DNA of 64,000 bases from Oscillospiraceae bacterium (GTDB taxonomy: Bacteria > Bacillota > Clostridia > Oscillospirales > Oscillospiraceae): positions 3,390 to 67,389 of the forward strand of contig JAWRIJ010000080.1 in the NCBI GenBank assembly GCA_040307975.1. The letters run 5' to 3'. Below, one piece after another: positions 1 through 9,411 of this stretch. The translations under genes and the position numbers were made by a program. The notes under the pieces were generated by a model that was not told the origin of the DNA, ran no database searches, and was given only the letters and a program-made list of their open reading frames with translations. Each line of letters opens with the position of its first letter. Position 1 is the first letter of the stretch.

Positions 1-2
1 CA

Positions 3-407
3 TGGTACAACGCGCTCGACTATGTGCGCCTCGTGCGGCTGAGCCTGCAAATGCTTATTACCGGCGCGGCGGGCGTAAAGGATCTGAGCGGCCCCGTCGG
101 TATCGTATCGACGATTTCGGAGATGGGGCAGGAGACCGAGGCGGAGGAGGGGTTTGCCGCGGCGCTGGAGAACGTGTTTTTCTTCGGCGCGCTTATCGCG
201 GTCAATCTCGCGGTGATGAACCTGCTCCCGCTGCCCGCGCTCGACGGCGGCAAGGTGCTCATTTTGGTGGTGGACGCGATCGCGATGCTGTTGTTCAAAA
301 AGAAGATCCCACAGAAGTTCGAGACTGTTATCAACGCCGTGGGCTTTGTGCTGCTGATGGGGCTGATGCTTTTTGTGACGTTCAACGACGTGGTGAAGCT
401 TTTGTAA
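3..407 (+). CDS. rseP: RIP metalloprotease RseP, C-terminal part (gene begins before the window)
   Basis: Open frame from base 3. It has the LSGPVGI segment and the M50 motif NLLPLPALDGG, and lies directly upstream of ispG. Confidence 0.9.
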   Translation, partial: WYNALDYVRLVRLSLQMLITGAAGVKDLSGPVGIVSTISEMGQETEAEEGFAAALENVFFFGALIAVNLAVMNLLPLPALDGGKVLILVVDAIAMLLFKKKIPQKFETVINAVGFVLLMGLMLFVTFNDVVKLL

Positions 408-416
408 GGAGCGATT

Positions 417-1454
417 ATGAGCAAACAGATCATGGTCGGCGGCGTTGCCGTCGGCGGCGGCGCACCGGTTTCCATTCAGTCGATGTGCAACACGCGCACC
501 GAGGACGCGCGCTCCACCATTCGCCAGATCCTCGCGCTGGAGGAGGCGGGCTGCGAGATCGTCCGCGTTACGGTGCCGGATATGGACGCGGCGTGTGCGC
601 TGAGTGTAATCAAGGAAAACATTCACATCCCGCTCGTTGCGGATATCCACTTTGATTACCGCCTCGCGGTCGAGGCAGCGGCGCGGGGCGCGGACAAGAT
701 TCGCATCAACCCGGGCAATATCGGCGGCGAGGAGCATATCCGCGCCGTGGTGGACGCCTGCCGCGCGCATCGCGTACCCATCCGCATCGGCGTCAACGGT
801 GGGTCGCTTGAAAAGGAGCTGCTCGCCAAATACGGCCGCGTGACGCCGGAGGCGCTCGTCGAAAGCGCGCTGGGACACATCCGGCTGCTGGAAAAGTATG
901 ATTTCACCGATATATGCGTCAGCGTCAAGTCGAGCGACGTGCCGATCAATATCAAAGCGTACCGCCTGCTGCACGAGTCGGTGGACTATCCGCTCCACCT
1001 CGGCGTGACCGAGGCGGGGACGCCGTCGATGGGGCTCGTGAAATCCGCGGTCGGCATCGGGGCGCTGCTGTGTGACGGCGTCGGCGACACGATGCGCGTG
1101 TCGCTGACCGCGGACCCCGTGGAGGAGGTTTACGCCGCCAAGCGTATTTTGCAGGCCTGCGGGCTGCGCAGCTCGGGTGTGAACCTCATTTCCTGCCCGA
1201 CCTGCGGGCGCACGTCCTACAACATGATCCCGCTGGTGGAAGAATTGGAGCGCCGGCTTGCGAATTGCGGCAAGCACATCACAGTCGCGGTTATGGGCTG
1301 CGTCGTCAACGGGCCAGGCGAGGCGAGCGCCGCGGACATCGGCGTTGCCGGCGGAAAGGGCGAAGGGCTCATTTTCCGCCATGGCAAGGTGTTGCGCAAG
1401 GTACCGGAGCGAGAACTGGTCGAGGCGCTGATGGACGAGATTGAGAAACTGTGA
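417..1454 (+). CDS. ispG: 4-hydroxy-3-methylbut-2-en-1-yl diphosphate synthase (flavodoxin)
   Basis: Motifs IQSMCNT, PLVADIHF, RINPGNIG, CPTCGR and MGCVVNGPGE. Confidence 0.97.
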   Translation: MSKQIMVGGVAVGGGAPVSIQSMCNTRTEDARSTIRQILALEEAGCEIVRVTVPDMDAACALSVIKENIHIPLVADIHFDYRLAVEAAARGADKIRINPGNIGGEEHIRAVVDACRAHRVPIRIGVNGGSLEKELLAKYGRVTPEALVESALGHIRLLEKYDFTDICVSVKSSDVPINIKAYRLLHESVDYPLHLGVTEAGTPSMGLVKSAVGIGALLCDGVGDTMRVSLTADPVEEVYAAKRILQACGLRSSGVNLISCPTCGRTSYNMIPLVEELERRLANCGKHITVAVMGCVVNGPGEASAADIGVAGGKGEGLIFRHGKVLRKVPERELVEALMDEIEKL

Positions 1455-1468
1455 GATAAGGATAGATT

Positions 1469-4400
1469 ATGCCCGAAAGAAAACTGTTTTTTGAATTATT
1501 CAGCGACTTTGCACCTGACTTTGCCCTGCGTCGCCTGCTGAACGACGCAGTGGTGACCAACATGGTGCTGGAGGCGGAGAAGCGTGCGCTGACGGTGGAG
1601 CTGGAGACGGCGGAGGAGTTTTCCGAAGCGGCTTCCGCTGCGGTCGAGCAGCTTCTCGCGCAGCGCTATGAGCTCTCTTCCGTTCACTTGCATACCCACG
1701 CCGCGCCGCCGAAAGCGGAGGCTGGAGAGAAGGAGAGAAAGCCGAAGGCGAAGCCAAAACGCATCATGGGCGACGAGATCAAAGGAAAAATCACGCCGAT
1801 GAGCGAGCTTTCCGCCACGATGGGACGCGCTGTGGTCGAGGGCAGGGTCTTCAAATTCGACAGCCATGAGACCCGCCGTCCCGGCGTGTGGGTCGCCGTC
1901 ATTGAGATGACGGACTACACCGGCTCGGTCGTCGTGCGGCGCAATATGCGCGAGCAGGAGGTCAAGCCGCTCGTTGAGCGCATCGCACCCGGCATGTGGC
2001 TGCGCGTCGCGGGAAAGATGGAGCTTACTTACGACGGCAAGGATATCCAGCTCAGCCCATACGACATCAGCGAGGTACAGCACGAGGGGCGCAGGGACGA
2101 CGCGCCGGAGAAACGTGTGGAGTTACATCTGCATACGAAGATGTCCAATATGGACGCGCTCACCGATACCAAGAGCGTCGTTAAGCTTGCCGCGTCGTGG
2201 GGGATGCCCGCCATCGCCATCACTGACCACGGCGTGGCGCAGGCATTTCCGGACGCGTGGAAAGCAGCGGGGGATAAAATAAAAGTCCTTTACGGCTGTG
2301 AGGGGTATTATGTAAACAACATGGACGACCGTATCGCCGTTCATGGGACGAAAGACGGTTCTTTTTCCGATGAGATCGTCTGTTTTGACATTGAGACGAC
2401 GGGGCTGAAGGTCACGCAGGAGGCGATCACCGAGATCGGCGCGGTGCTGATGCGTGGCGGCGAGATCGTCGATACGTTCCAAACCTTCGTCGACCCTGAG
2501 CGCCGCCTGACGCCGGAGATCGTGGGGCTGACGGGCATCACGGATGCGATGCTCGCTGGCGCGCCGAAGCTCCCCGACGCGCTGCGCGCGTTTCTTGATT
2601 TCGCGGGCGGGCGCATTTTGGCGGCGCACAACGCGGAATTTGACATCAGCTTCATCCGTGCGGGCTGCGAAAAGTGCGGCATCCCGTTTGAGCCGACTTA
2701 TCTCGATTCGCTGATTTTTGCGCAGAACCTGCTGCCGGAGCTTAAAAATCACAAGCTGGACGTGGTCGCGGAGGCGTTGAAGCTCCCCGCGTTCAACCAC
2801 CACCGCGCGAGCGACGACGCCGTGCCGGTGGCGCAGATGCTCGCGAAGTTTTTCCCCATGCTGGCTTCACGCGGTGTGACGAGGATTCAGGGCATCAACG
2901 CCGAAATGCTCAAACTGCGCCCGCAGGGAAGCAGATCGAACCGCTTTCCGAAGCATATCATCCTCATCGCGCAAAACAAGACGGGCCTCAAAAACCTCTA
3001 TCAGCTCATCTCCGCGTCGAACCTCAAATATTTTAAGCGCGTCCCCATCATTCCGAAGACGGAGCTGGTCGCGCACCGCGAGGGCATTTTGATCGGCTCG
3101 GCGTGCGAGGCGGGCGAGCTGTTCCGCGCCGTCGTCGACCACAAGGACTGGGACGAGCTCAAGCGCATCGCGTCGTTCTACGACTATCTTGAGATCCAGC
3201 CCATCTGCAACAACCGCTTTATGGTACGCGAAGGCAAGGCAAAGGACGACGAGGAGCTGCGCGGCTACAACCGCACCATCGTGCGCCTCGGCGAGGAACT
3301 GGGAAAGCCCGTCGTCGCGACCGGAGACGTGCATTTTCAGGAGCCGGAGGACGAAGAGTACCGCCACATCCTGCTGGCTTCCAAGAAGTTTTCCGACGCG
3401 ACCGCGCCGCTGCCGCTCTACTTCCGCACGACGGACGAAATGCTCAAGGAATTTGACTATCTCGGCAAAGAAAAGGCATATGAGGTGGTCGTGACCAACA
3501 CGCGCATGATCGCGGATCTGGTCGAGAACATTGAGCTGCTGCCAAAGGGCAAGCTTTTTCCGCCGCGGCTTGAAAACTCCGAGGAAGACCTCAACCGCAT
3601 GGTTTGGGAGAAGGCGCACGCACTCTACGGAGACGACCTGCCGCAGCTCATTTCCGACCGATTAAACGACGAGCTGGGGGCGATCCTCGGCAAGTACGAC
3701 GTCGTCTATATGAGCGCGCAGAAGCTTGTGCAGCGCTCGCTCGAAAACGGATACCTCGTCGGCTCACGAGGGAGCGTGGGCTCGTCGCTTGTGGCGTATA
3801 TGGCGGGTATCACGGAAGTGAACTCGCTTCCGCCGCACTACCGCTGCCCGAAGTGCAAGAACGTCGAGTTTGTGACTGACGGCAGCTACGGCTGCGGCGC
3901 GGACTTGCCCGACAAGGCTTGCCCCAAGTGTGGGGAGAAGTATGTCAAGGACGGCTTCGACATTCCGTTTGAGACGTTTCTTGGCTATGGCGGCGGCAAG
4001 GTGCCGGATATCGACCTCAACTTTTCCGGCGAGTACCAGTCCCGCGCCCACCGCCACGCCATCGAGATGTTCGGCGAGACGCAGGTGTTCCGCGCGGGCA
4101 CGATCGGTACGCTCGCGGAGAAGACCGCCTACGGCATGGTAAAGAAATACTTGGAGGAGAACGGGCGCGTCTCGGGGAACGCCGAGATCGACCGCCTGAC
4201 CGAGGGCTGCGTCGGCGTGCGCCGCACGACGGGGCAGCACCCCGGCGGCCTCGTGGTCGTGCCGGACGATTTGGATGTGGAGGATTTCTGCCCCGTGCAG
4301 CATCCCGCGGACGACCCAGAGAGCGACATCATCACCACGCATTTTGAGTATCACTGCATGGAGGACAACCTCTTAAAGCTCGATATGCTCGGCCACGATG

Positions 4401-5464
4401 ACCCCACGATGATCCGTATGCTTGAAAACCTCACTGGCGTCAACGCGCGGCAAATCCCGCTCGACGATCCCGATACGCTGAGCCTGTTCACCACCTCAAA
4501 GGCGCTTGGCTTTGAGGATGACGACCTGCTCGGCCCAACGGGCGCGGTGGCGATCCCCGAATTCAACACGCGCTTTACGCGCCAGATGCTCGTTGACACG
4601 CAACCGAAGGACTTCAACACGCTGCTGCGGCTTTCGGGCTTTTCCCACGGCACGGACGTGTGGCTCGGCAACGCAAAGGATCTGATCCTCAGCGGTACGG
4701 CGAGCGTTTTGGAAACGGTGGGCTGCCGCGACGACATCATGCTGTATTTAATCTCCAAGGGTCTTGAGCCGAGAATGAGCTTCAAGATCATGGAGTCTGT
4801 GCGAAAGGGCAAGGTCAAGAAGAACGGCTTCGAGGACGGCTGGGTGGACGCGATGCACGACCACGGCGTGCCGGAGTGGTACATCGAGTCGCTCTCGAAG
4901 ATCGGATACCTGTTCCCGAAGGCGCACGCGGTCGCTTACGTCATGATGGCGTTTCGCATCGCGTGGTTTAAGGTGCATGAGCCGCTTGCGTTCTATGCGA
5001 CGTTCTTCTCCGTGCGCGCGAAAGCGTTCGACGCGCAGGAATGCTGCTTCCCGAACGCGGAGGAGGGCGCGGATAGGACCAAGCGCCGTATCCGCGAATT
5101 GGAGGAGAAGAAGAACAAAAAGGAGATCACCGCCGTCGAGGAGGACCTAATGACGACGCTTGAGGTCTGCTACGAGTTCTATCTGCGCGGCTTTCATTTC
5201 GACAATATCGACATTTTCCGCTCTGACGCGACGAAGTTTCTTATCGCCGATGGCGGGCTGCTCCCGCCGTTTACCAGCGTGCGCGGTCTCGGTGAGGCGG
5301 CGGCGCAGGACACGGTCGAAAAGCGCGCGGGGAAAACCTTCGTTTCCATCGAGGAATTCTCCATGACCTGCAGCAAGCTCTCAAAGACGCACATCGAACA
5401 GCTCAAGGCGCTGGGGGCGTTTGCGGGAATGAGCGAGACGAGTCAGATCTCGCTGTTCGGATGA
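1469..5464 (+). CDS. polC: DNA polymerase III PolC-type alpha subunit
   Basis: PHP motif ELHLHTKMS, embedded DEDDh exonuclease (FDIETTG...HRASDDA), GSRGSVGSS, PDIDLNFSG and zinc finger CPKC...CPKC. Confidence 0.97.
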   Translation: MPERKLFFELFSDFAPDFALRRLLNDAVVTNMVLEAEKRALTVELETAEEFSEAASAAVEQLLAQRYELSSVHLHTHAAPPKAEAGEKERKPKAKPKRIMGDEIKGKITPMSELSATMGRAVVEGRVFKFDSHETRRPGVWVAVIEMTDYTGSVVVRRNMREQEVKPLVERIAPGMWLRVAGKMELTYDGKDIQLSPYDISEVQHEGRRDDAPEKRVELHLHTKMSNMDALTDTKSVVKLAASWGMPAIAITDHGVAQAFPDAWKAAGDKIKVLYGCEGYYVNNMDDRIAVHGTKDGSFSDEIVCFDIETTGLKVTQEAITEIGAVLMRGGEIVDTFQTFVDPERRLTPEIVGLTGITDAMLAGAPKLPDALRAFLDFAGGRILAAHNAEFDISFIRAGCEKCGIPFEPTYLDSLIFAQNLLPELKNHKLDVVAEALKLPAFNHHRASDDAVPVAQMLAKFFPMLASRGVTRIQGINAEMLKLRPQGSRSNRFPKHIILIAQNKTGLKNLYQLISASNLKYFKRVPIIPKTELVAHREGILIGSACEAGELFRAVVDHKDWDELKRIASFYDYLEIQPICNNRFMVREGKAKDDEELRGYNRTIVRLGEELGKPVVATGDVHFQEPEDEEYRHILLASKKFSDATAPLPLYFRTTDEMLKEFDYLGKEKAYEVVVTNTRMIADLVENIELLPKGKLFPPRLENSEEDLNRMVWEKAHALYGDDLPQLISDRLNDELGAILGKYDVVYMSAQKLVQRSLENGYLVGSRGSVGSSLVAYMAGITEVNSLPPHYRCPKCKNVEFVTDGSYGCGADLPDKACPKCGEKYVKDGFDIPFETFLGYGGGKVPDIDLNFSGEYQSRAHRHAIEMFGETQVFRAGTIGTLAEKTAYGMVKKYLEENGRVSGNAEIDRLTEGCVGVRRTTGQHPGGLVVVPDDLDVEDFCPVQHPADDPESDIITTHFEYHCMEDNLLKLDMLGHDDPTMIRMLENLTGVNARQIPLDDPDTLSLFTTSKALGFEDDDLLGPTGAVAIPEFNTRFTRQMLVDTQPKDFNTLLRLSGFSHGTDVWLGNAKDLILSGTASVLETVGCRDDIMLYLISKGLEPRMSFKIMESVRKGKVKKNGFEDGWVDAMHDHGVPEWYIESLSKIGYLFPKAHAVAYVMMAFRIAWFKVHEPLAFYATFFSVRAKAFDAQECCFPNAEEGADRTKRRIRELEEKKNKKEITAVEEDLMTTLEVCYEFYLRGFHFDNIDIFRSDATKFLIADGGLLPPFTSVRGLGEAAAQDTVEKRAGKTFVSIEEFSMTCSKLSKTHIEQLKALGAFAGMSETSQISLFG

Positions 5465-7719
5465 GGGTTCTCGCGGCGTTTTGCTTCGCGTTTGCCGCGG
5501 GGACGTTCGGCGCACAGTATTTGCTGCCGCATTGGCTTCTGCCTTACGCGACGGCGGGCTTTGCAGCGCTCGGCGCGCTGTGGGCGATTGCCCTGCGGGG
5601 CAACTGGCGGCGGCGCGTACTTCTCATCGCGTTCGGACTGTCGCTCGCGCTGATCTACGACTGGGCGTATGTCCGGCATGTGCAGCAGCCGTTTGAGGCG
5701 CTCGTCGGCACGACCGACACGATGACGCTGGAGCTTGCGGGCTATCCCGTGCCGACCGATTACGGCAGCCGCGCCGAGGTGCGTATCCTTGACCGAGGGC
5801 TGCACGGCGGGGCGGTCTACTACGGCGGTGCGGAGCTGCTTGATCTGGAGCCGGGCGCGCGTTTGACTGTGCGATCGGAGGTGCGTTCTGCGTCCGTCAT
5901 TCGCGAGAGCGATGTGACGACGTTTACCTCGCGCGGCGTCTACGCGCTGCTCTACGGCAGGGAAGAGGCGGCAGTCGAGGCGGGCGACACAGGCTCGCTG
6001 CGCTATTTGCCGCAACGGCTTGCGCGGCGGATGCGGGAGGCCGTTTTCGAGGCTTTTCCGGCGCGGACGGCCCCGTTTATCAACGCGATCCTGCTCGGCG
6101 ACCGCTATGAACTGACCGAGGAGGACGGGGCAAACCTCAGCGAGGCAGGACTTTATCATGTGACGGCGGTTTCCGGTCTGCACTGCGCGTTTTTGGCGTC
6201 GCTGCTTAGTTTTCTGATCGGCAAACACCGACGCAAGCTGCTTTCCGCGGCCACGATTTCCGTGCTCGCGCTCTACGCGCTGACGGTCGGATTGACGCCG
6301 TCCGTCGTGCGTGCCTGCGTGATGCTTGCGATGGGGCTGATCGCGCCAATCTTCGAGCGTGAGAACGATGGGCCGACCTCGCTTTCCTTTGCGCTGTTCC
6401 TGCTCCTGCTGCAAAACCCGTTTGCGGCGAAGAGCGTATCCCTACAGCTCTCCTTTGCCGCAATGCTGGGATTGATCCTGCTTACGGCACGGCTCTACGA
6501 GCGCATCCGCGAACGAAACGAACAGCGCAAGCTGGGCAGGGCGGCGTGGTTTGTGCTCGGCTCGCTGTCCGCGACGGCGGGCGCGCTGGTGTTCACCGTT
6601 CCGCTGAGCGCGTATTACTTCAATACGCTCGTTCTTGTTGCGCCGCTGAGCAATCTGCTGTGCCTTTGGGCGGCGAGCCTGACCTTTGCCCTTGGACTCG
6701 CGGCGGTGCTTTTGAGTTTCGTATGGCTTCCCGCGGCGCGTCTGGCTGCATATCTGCCGCATTACGGCGCGCTGTATCTGCTTACGGCGGCAAAGTGGCT
6801 CGCGAAGCTCCCGTATCACGCGGTCTACTTTTCCAATGCCTATCTGCGGCTGTGGCTTGCCTACGCCTATGCGATTTTCGGCGCGTGTTTCCTTGCAAAA
6901 CGCGGGAAGCTCCGCTACGTCTCGGCGGGCGTCTTAGCGGCGGCGACGCTGGCGCTGACGATTTGGCTGAACGCGGCCCCGCTGCGCGGCGGAACGCTGC
7001 ACATCACGGCGCTCGACATCGGACAAGGGCAGAGCGTGGCGATCCTTTCCAAAGGTGCGGCGGCGCTTGTGGACTGCGGCACAAAATCGTACGGCAGCGC
7101 GGGCGGCGTGACGGCGGACTATCTGCGAAGCGTCGGCGTGAGGAAGCTCGACTGCGTCGTGCTCTCACACTACCACGCTGACCACTGCAACGGCCTTGCG
7201 GCGCTGCTCGCGCGCGTGGAGGTTGACCGTCTCGTGTTACCGGACATCGAAGCGGACGACGAGACGCGCGAGGACGTGCTTGCGCTTGCGGCCCGGTACG
7301 GCATCCCTGTGGACTTTGTGCGCCAAACGGAGCATATCCCGCTCGGCAGCGCGGTTTTGACCGTGTACCCGCCGGTCGCGGAAGGCGACATGAACGAGGA
7401 GGGGCTGACGGTGCTCTGCACGACGGGACATTTCGACGCGCTCTTTACGGGCGATATGGATGCAAATACGGAATACCGCCTGATCGCAACGTATCCGCTG
7501 CCCGATATTGAGGTGCTGATGGTCGGACACCACGGCTCGCGCTACTCGACGGGCGGCGACCTGCTTGCGGAAGTGAAGCCGGAGACGGGCATCGTGAGCT
7601 GCGGCACGGGCAACAGCTACGGACATCCGCACAGGGAGGCGCTACGCCGCCTCGCGGAGGCGGGCGTCGAGGTCTACCGCACCGATTTGCAGGGGAACAT
7701 CTACATCACGGTCAACTGA
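5461..7719 (+). CDS. comEC: Competence protein ComEC/Rec2 with C-terminal metallo-beta-lactamase domain
   Basis: Multi-pass membrane protein with HVTAVSGLH, SLQLSFAA, DIGQGQS, SHYHADH and GHHGS motifs. Confidence 0.93.
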   Translation: MRVLAAFCFAFAAGTFGAQYLLPHWLLPYATAGFAALGALWAIALRGNWRRRVLLIAFGLSLALIYDWAYVRHVQQPFEALVGTTDTMTLELAGYPVPTDYGSRAEVRILDRGLHGGAVYYGGAELLDLEPGARLTVRSEVRSASVIRESDVTTFTSRGVYALLYGREEAAVEAGDTGSLRYLPQRLARRMREAVFEAFPARTAPFINAILLGDRYELTEEDGANLSEAGLYHVTAVSGLHCAFLASLLSFLIGKHRRKLLSAATISVLALYALTVGLTPSVVRACVMLAMGLIAPIFERENDGPTSLSFALFLLLLQNPFAAKSVSLQLSFAAMLGLILLTARLYERIRERNEQRKLGRAAWFVLGSLSATAGALVFTVPLSAYYFNTLVLVAPLSNLLCLWAASLTFALGLAAVLLSFVWLPAARLAAYLPHYGALYLLTAAKWLAKLPYHAVYFSNAYLRLWLAYAYAIFGACFLAKRGKLRYVSAGVLAAATLALTIWLNAAPLRGGTLHITALDIGQGQSVAILSKGAAALVDCGTKSYGSAGGVTADYLRSVGVRKLDCVVLSHYHADHCNGLAALLARVEVDRLVLPDIEADDETREDVLALAARYGIPVDFVRQTEHIPLGSAVLTVYPPVAEGDMNEEGLTVLCTTGHFDALFTGDMDANTEYRLIATYPLPDIEVLMVGHHGSRYSTGGDLLAEVKPETGIVSCGTGNSYGHPHREALRRLAEAGVEVYRTDLQGNIYITVN

Positions 7720-7730
7720 CAGGAGAACGT

Positions 7731-8774
7731 ATGGCAAAGGCGGCGCCCGACAAGGGCTATCAAAAACTCAAAAGCGATCTGGCGGCGGGGGAGATCGGAC
7801 AGGTCTACCTGTTTCACGGCGAGGAGAGCTATCTGCGCGAGTACTACCTCGGCGAGTTGAAGAAGGCGCTCGTGCCCGCGGGCTTCGAGGAGTTCAACTA
7901 CCACAGACTCGATGGGAAAACCGCCACGATGGCGGAGCTTTCCGAGGCGGTGGAGGCGATGCCGATGATGGCGGAACGCACGATGGTCGTCGTGACCGAC
8001 TGCGACCTCTTTAAGCTTGGCGAGGACGCGCGCAGCGTGGTGATCTCGCTGCTGGAAGATTTCCCAAAGTACTGCTGTCTCGTGTTTGTGTACGACCTTT
8101 TGGAGTACAAGCCGAACAAAACCTATAAGAAGCTCTGCGCGGCGCTAGACAAGCAGGTTTCCGTCGTCAACTTCCAAATCGCGGACAAGAGCGACCTGAT
8201 CAACTGGATCAGGCGGCGCTTCCGCGCGCTCGGCAAGGACGTCGACGCACACGCGGCGGAGCATCTGATTTTTACCTGCGGGAGTCTCATGACGGGGCTC
8301 GTGCCGGAGATCGAGAAGATCGGCGCGTACGCGCGGGGCAAAACGGTCACGGTCGAGGATATCGACGCGGTTGCCGACCCGGTGCTCGACGCGGTGGTGT
8401 TCAATATGACGAGCGCCGTCACGCGCGGCGACTACAACGCTGCGAGCGAGATATTGGGACAGCTTCTAAAAAAGCAGGAGGAGCCGTTTATGATCCTCTC
8501 CGTCGTCGGCAAGGAGCTGCGGCGGCTCTATACGGCGCGCATTGCGCTCGATGAGGGACGCGACAAGCTTTGGCTCATGGAGCAGTGGGGGATGCGCTCG
8601 GACTATCCCGCGCGGCTTCTGATGGACGCGGCACGGCGCACGACGCGCGAGTGGTGCGCGAACAGCCTCATGCTCTGCGAGACGCTTGACCGTCGCATGA
8701 AGAGCGAAAAGGGCGTCGACGACGAGGGCGAGCTCAAGCTGCTGCTGATGGAGCTCGCGCAGAAGATCGCATGA
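7731..8774 (+). CDS. holA: DNA polymerase III delta subunit
   Basis: YLFHGEESYL N-terminus, 347 aa, in the conserved comEC-holA order. Confidence 0.92.
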   Translation: MAKAAPDKGYQKLKSDLAAGEIGQVYLFHGEESYLREYYLGELKKALVPAGFEEFNYHRLDGKTATMAELSEAVEAMPMMAERTMVVVTDCDLFKLGEDARSVVISLLEDFPKYCCLVFVYDLLEYKPNKTYKKLCAALDKQVSVVNFQIADKSDLINWIRRRFRALGKDVDAHAAEHLIFTCGSLMTGLVPEIEKIGAYARGKTVTVEDIDAVADPVLDAVVFNMTSAVTRGDYNAASEILGQLLKKQEEPFMILSVVGKELRRLYTARIALDEGRDKLWLMEQWGMRSDYPARLLMDAARRTTREWCANSLMLCETLDRRMKSEKGVDDEGELKLLLMELAQKIA

Positions 8775-9376
8775 GCAAGCCGAAGATCAGGGAGATTATC
8801 GTCGTCGAGGGGCGCTACGACAAAAACACGCTCGCGCAGGTGGTGGACGCGACGATTTTGGATGTGGGCGGCTTCGGCGCGTTTCACGACCGCGAGCTGC
8901 TCTCGCTGCTGCGGCGGCTTGCGCGGACGCGCGGGCTTGTGATTTTCACCGACCCGGACGGCGCGGGCTTTCTCATCCGCAACCGCCTCAAGGGCTCGAT
9001 CGGCGAGGGGCGTGTCCTGCACGCCTACGCGCCGGACATTTACGGCAAGGAAAAACGCAAGCGCAAGGGCGGCAAGGAGGGCAAGCTCGGCGTCGAGGGC
9101 ATGAAGCCTGACGTGCTGCTCGCCGCGCTCCACGCCTCGGGCGCGACCTTTGAAGGGGAGGGCTCCCTTTGCGGGGGCGAGCCCATCACCAAGGCGGATA
9201 TGTTGGACGCGGGGCTTGTTGGAGACGGCGGAAAGGCAAAGCGTTCCATTATTGTAAAGGAATTAGACTTGCCGGAACATTTGAGTGCGAACGCTTTGCT
9301 GGACGTGCTGAATCTGCTCTATACCCGCGAGGAGTTTTTGGAAAAATATTGCCAAGCACAGGGAAATGGGGTATAA
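8771..9376 (+). CDS. rnmV: Ribonuclease M5-like Toprim protein (DUF4093 C-terminus)
   Basis: IIVVEGRYD, IFTDPDGAG (Toprim DxD) and KEGKLGVEG motifs. Confidence 0.85.
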   Translation: MSKPKIREIIVVEGRYDKNTLAQVVDATILDVGGFGAFHDRELLSLLRRLARTRGLVIFTDPDGAGFLIRNRLKGSIGEGRVLHAYAPDIYGKEKRKRKGGKEGKLGVEGMKPDVLLAALHASGATFEGEGSLCGGEPITKADMLDAGLVGDGGKAKRSIIVKELDLPEHLSANALLDVLNLLYTREEFLEKYCQAQGNGV

Positions 9377-9377
9377 T
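9349..9377 (+). promoter_or_regulatory. sigma-A promoter for glnS, embedded in the rnmV 3' end
   Basis: TTGCCA (9349-54), 17 bp, TATAAT (9372-77). Confidence 0.75.
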
Positions 9378-9411
9378 AACCCATCATTTTGACACGAGAG
9401 AGGGCGACACT

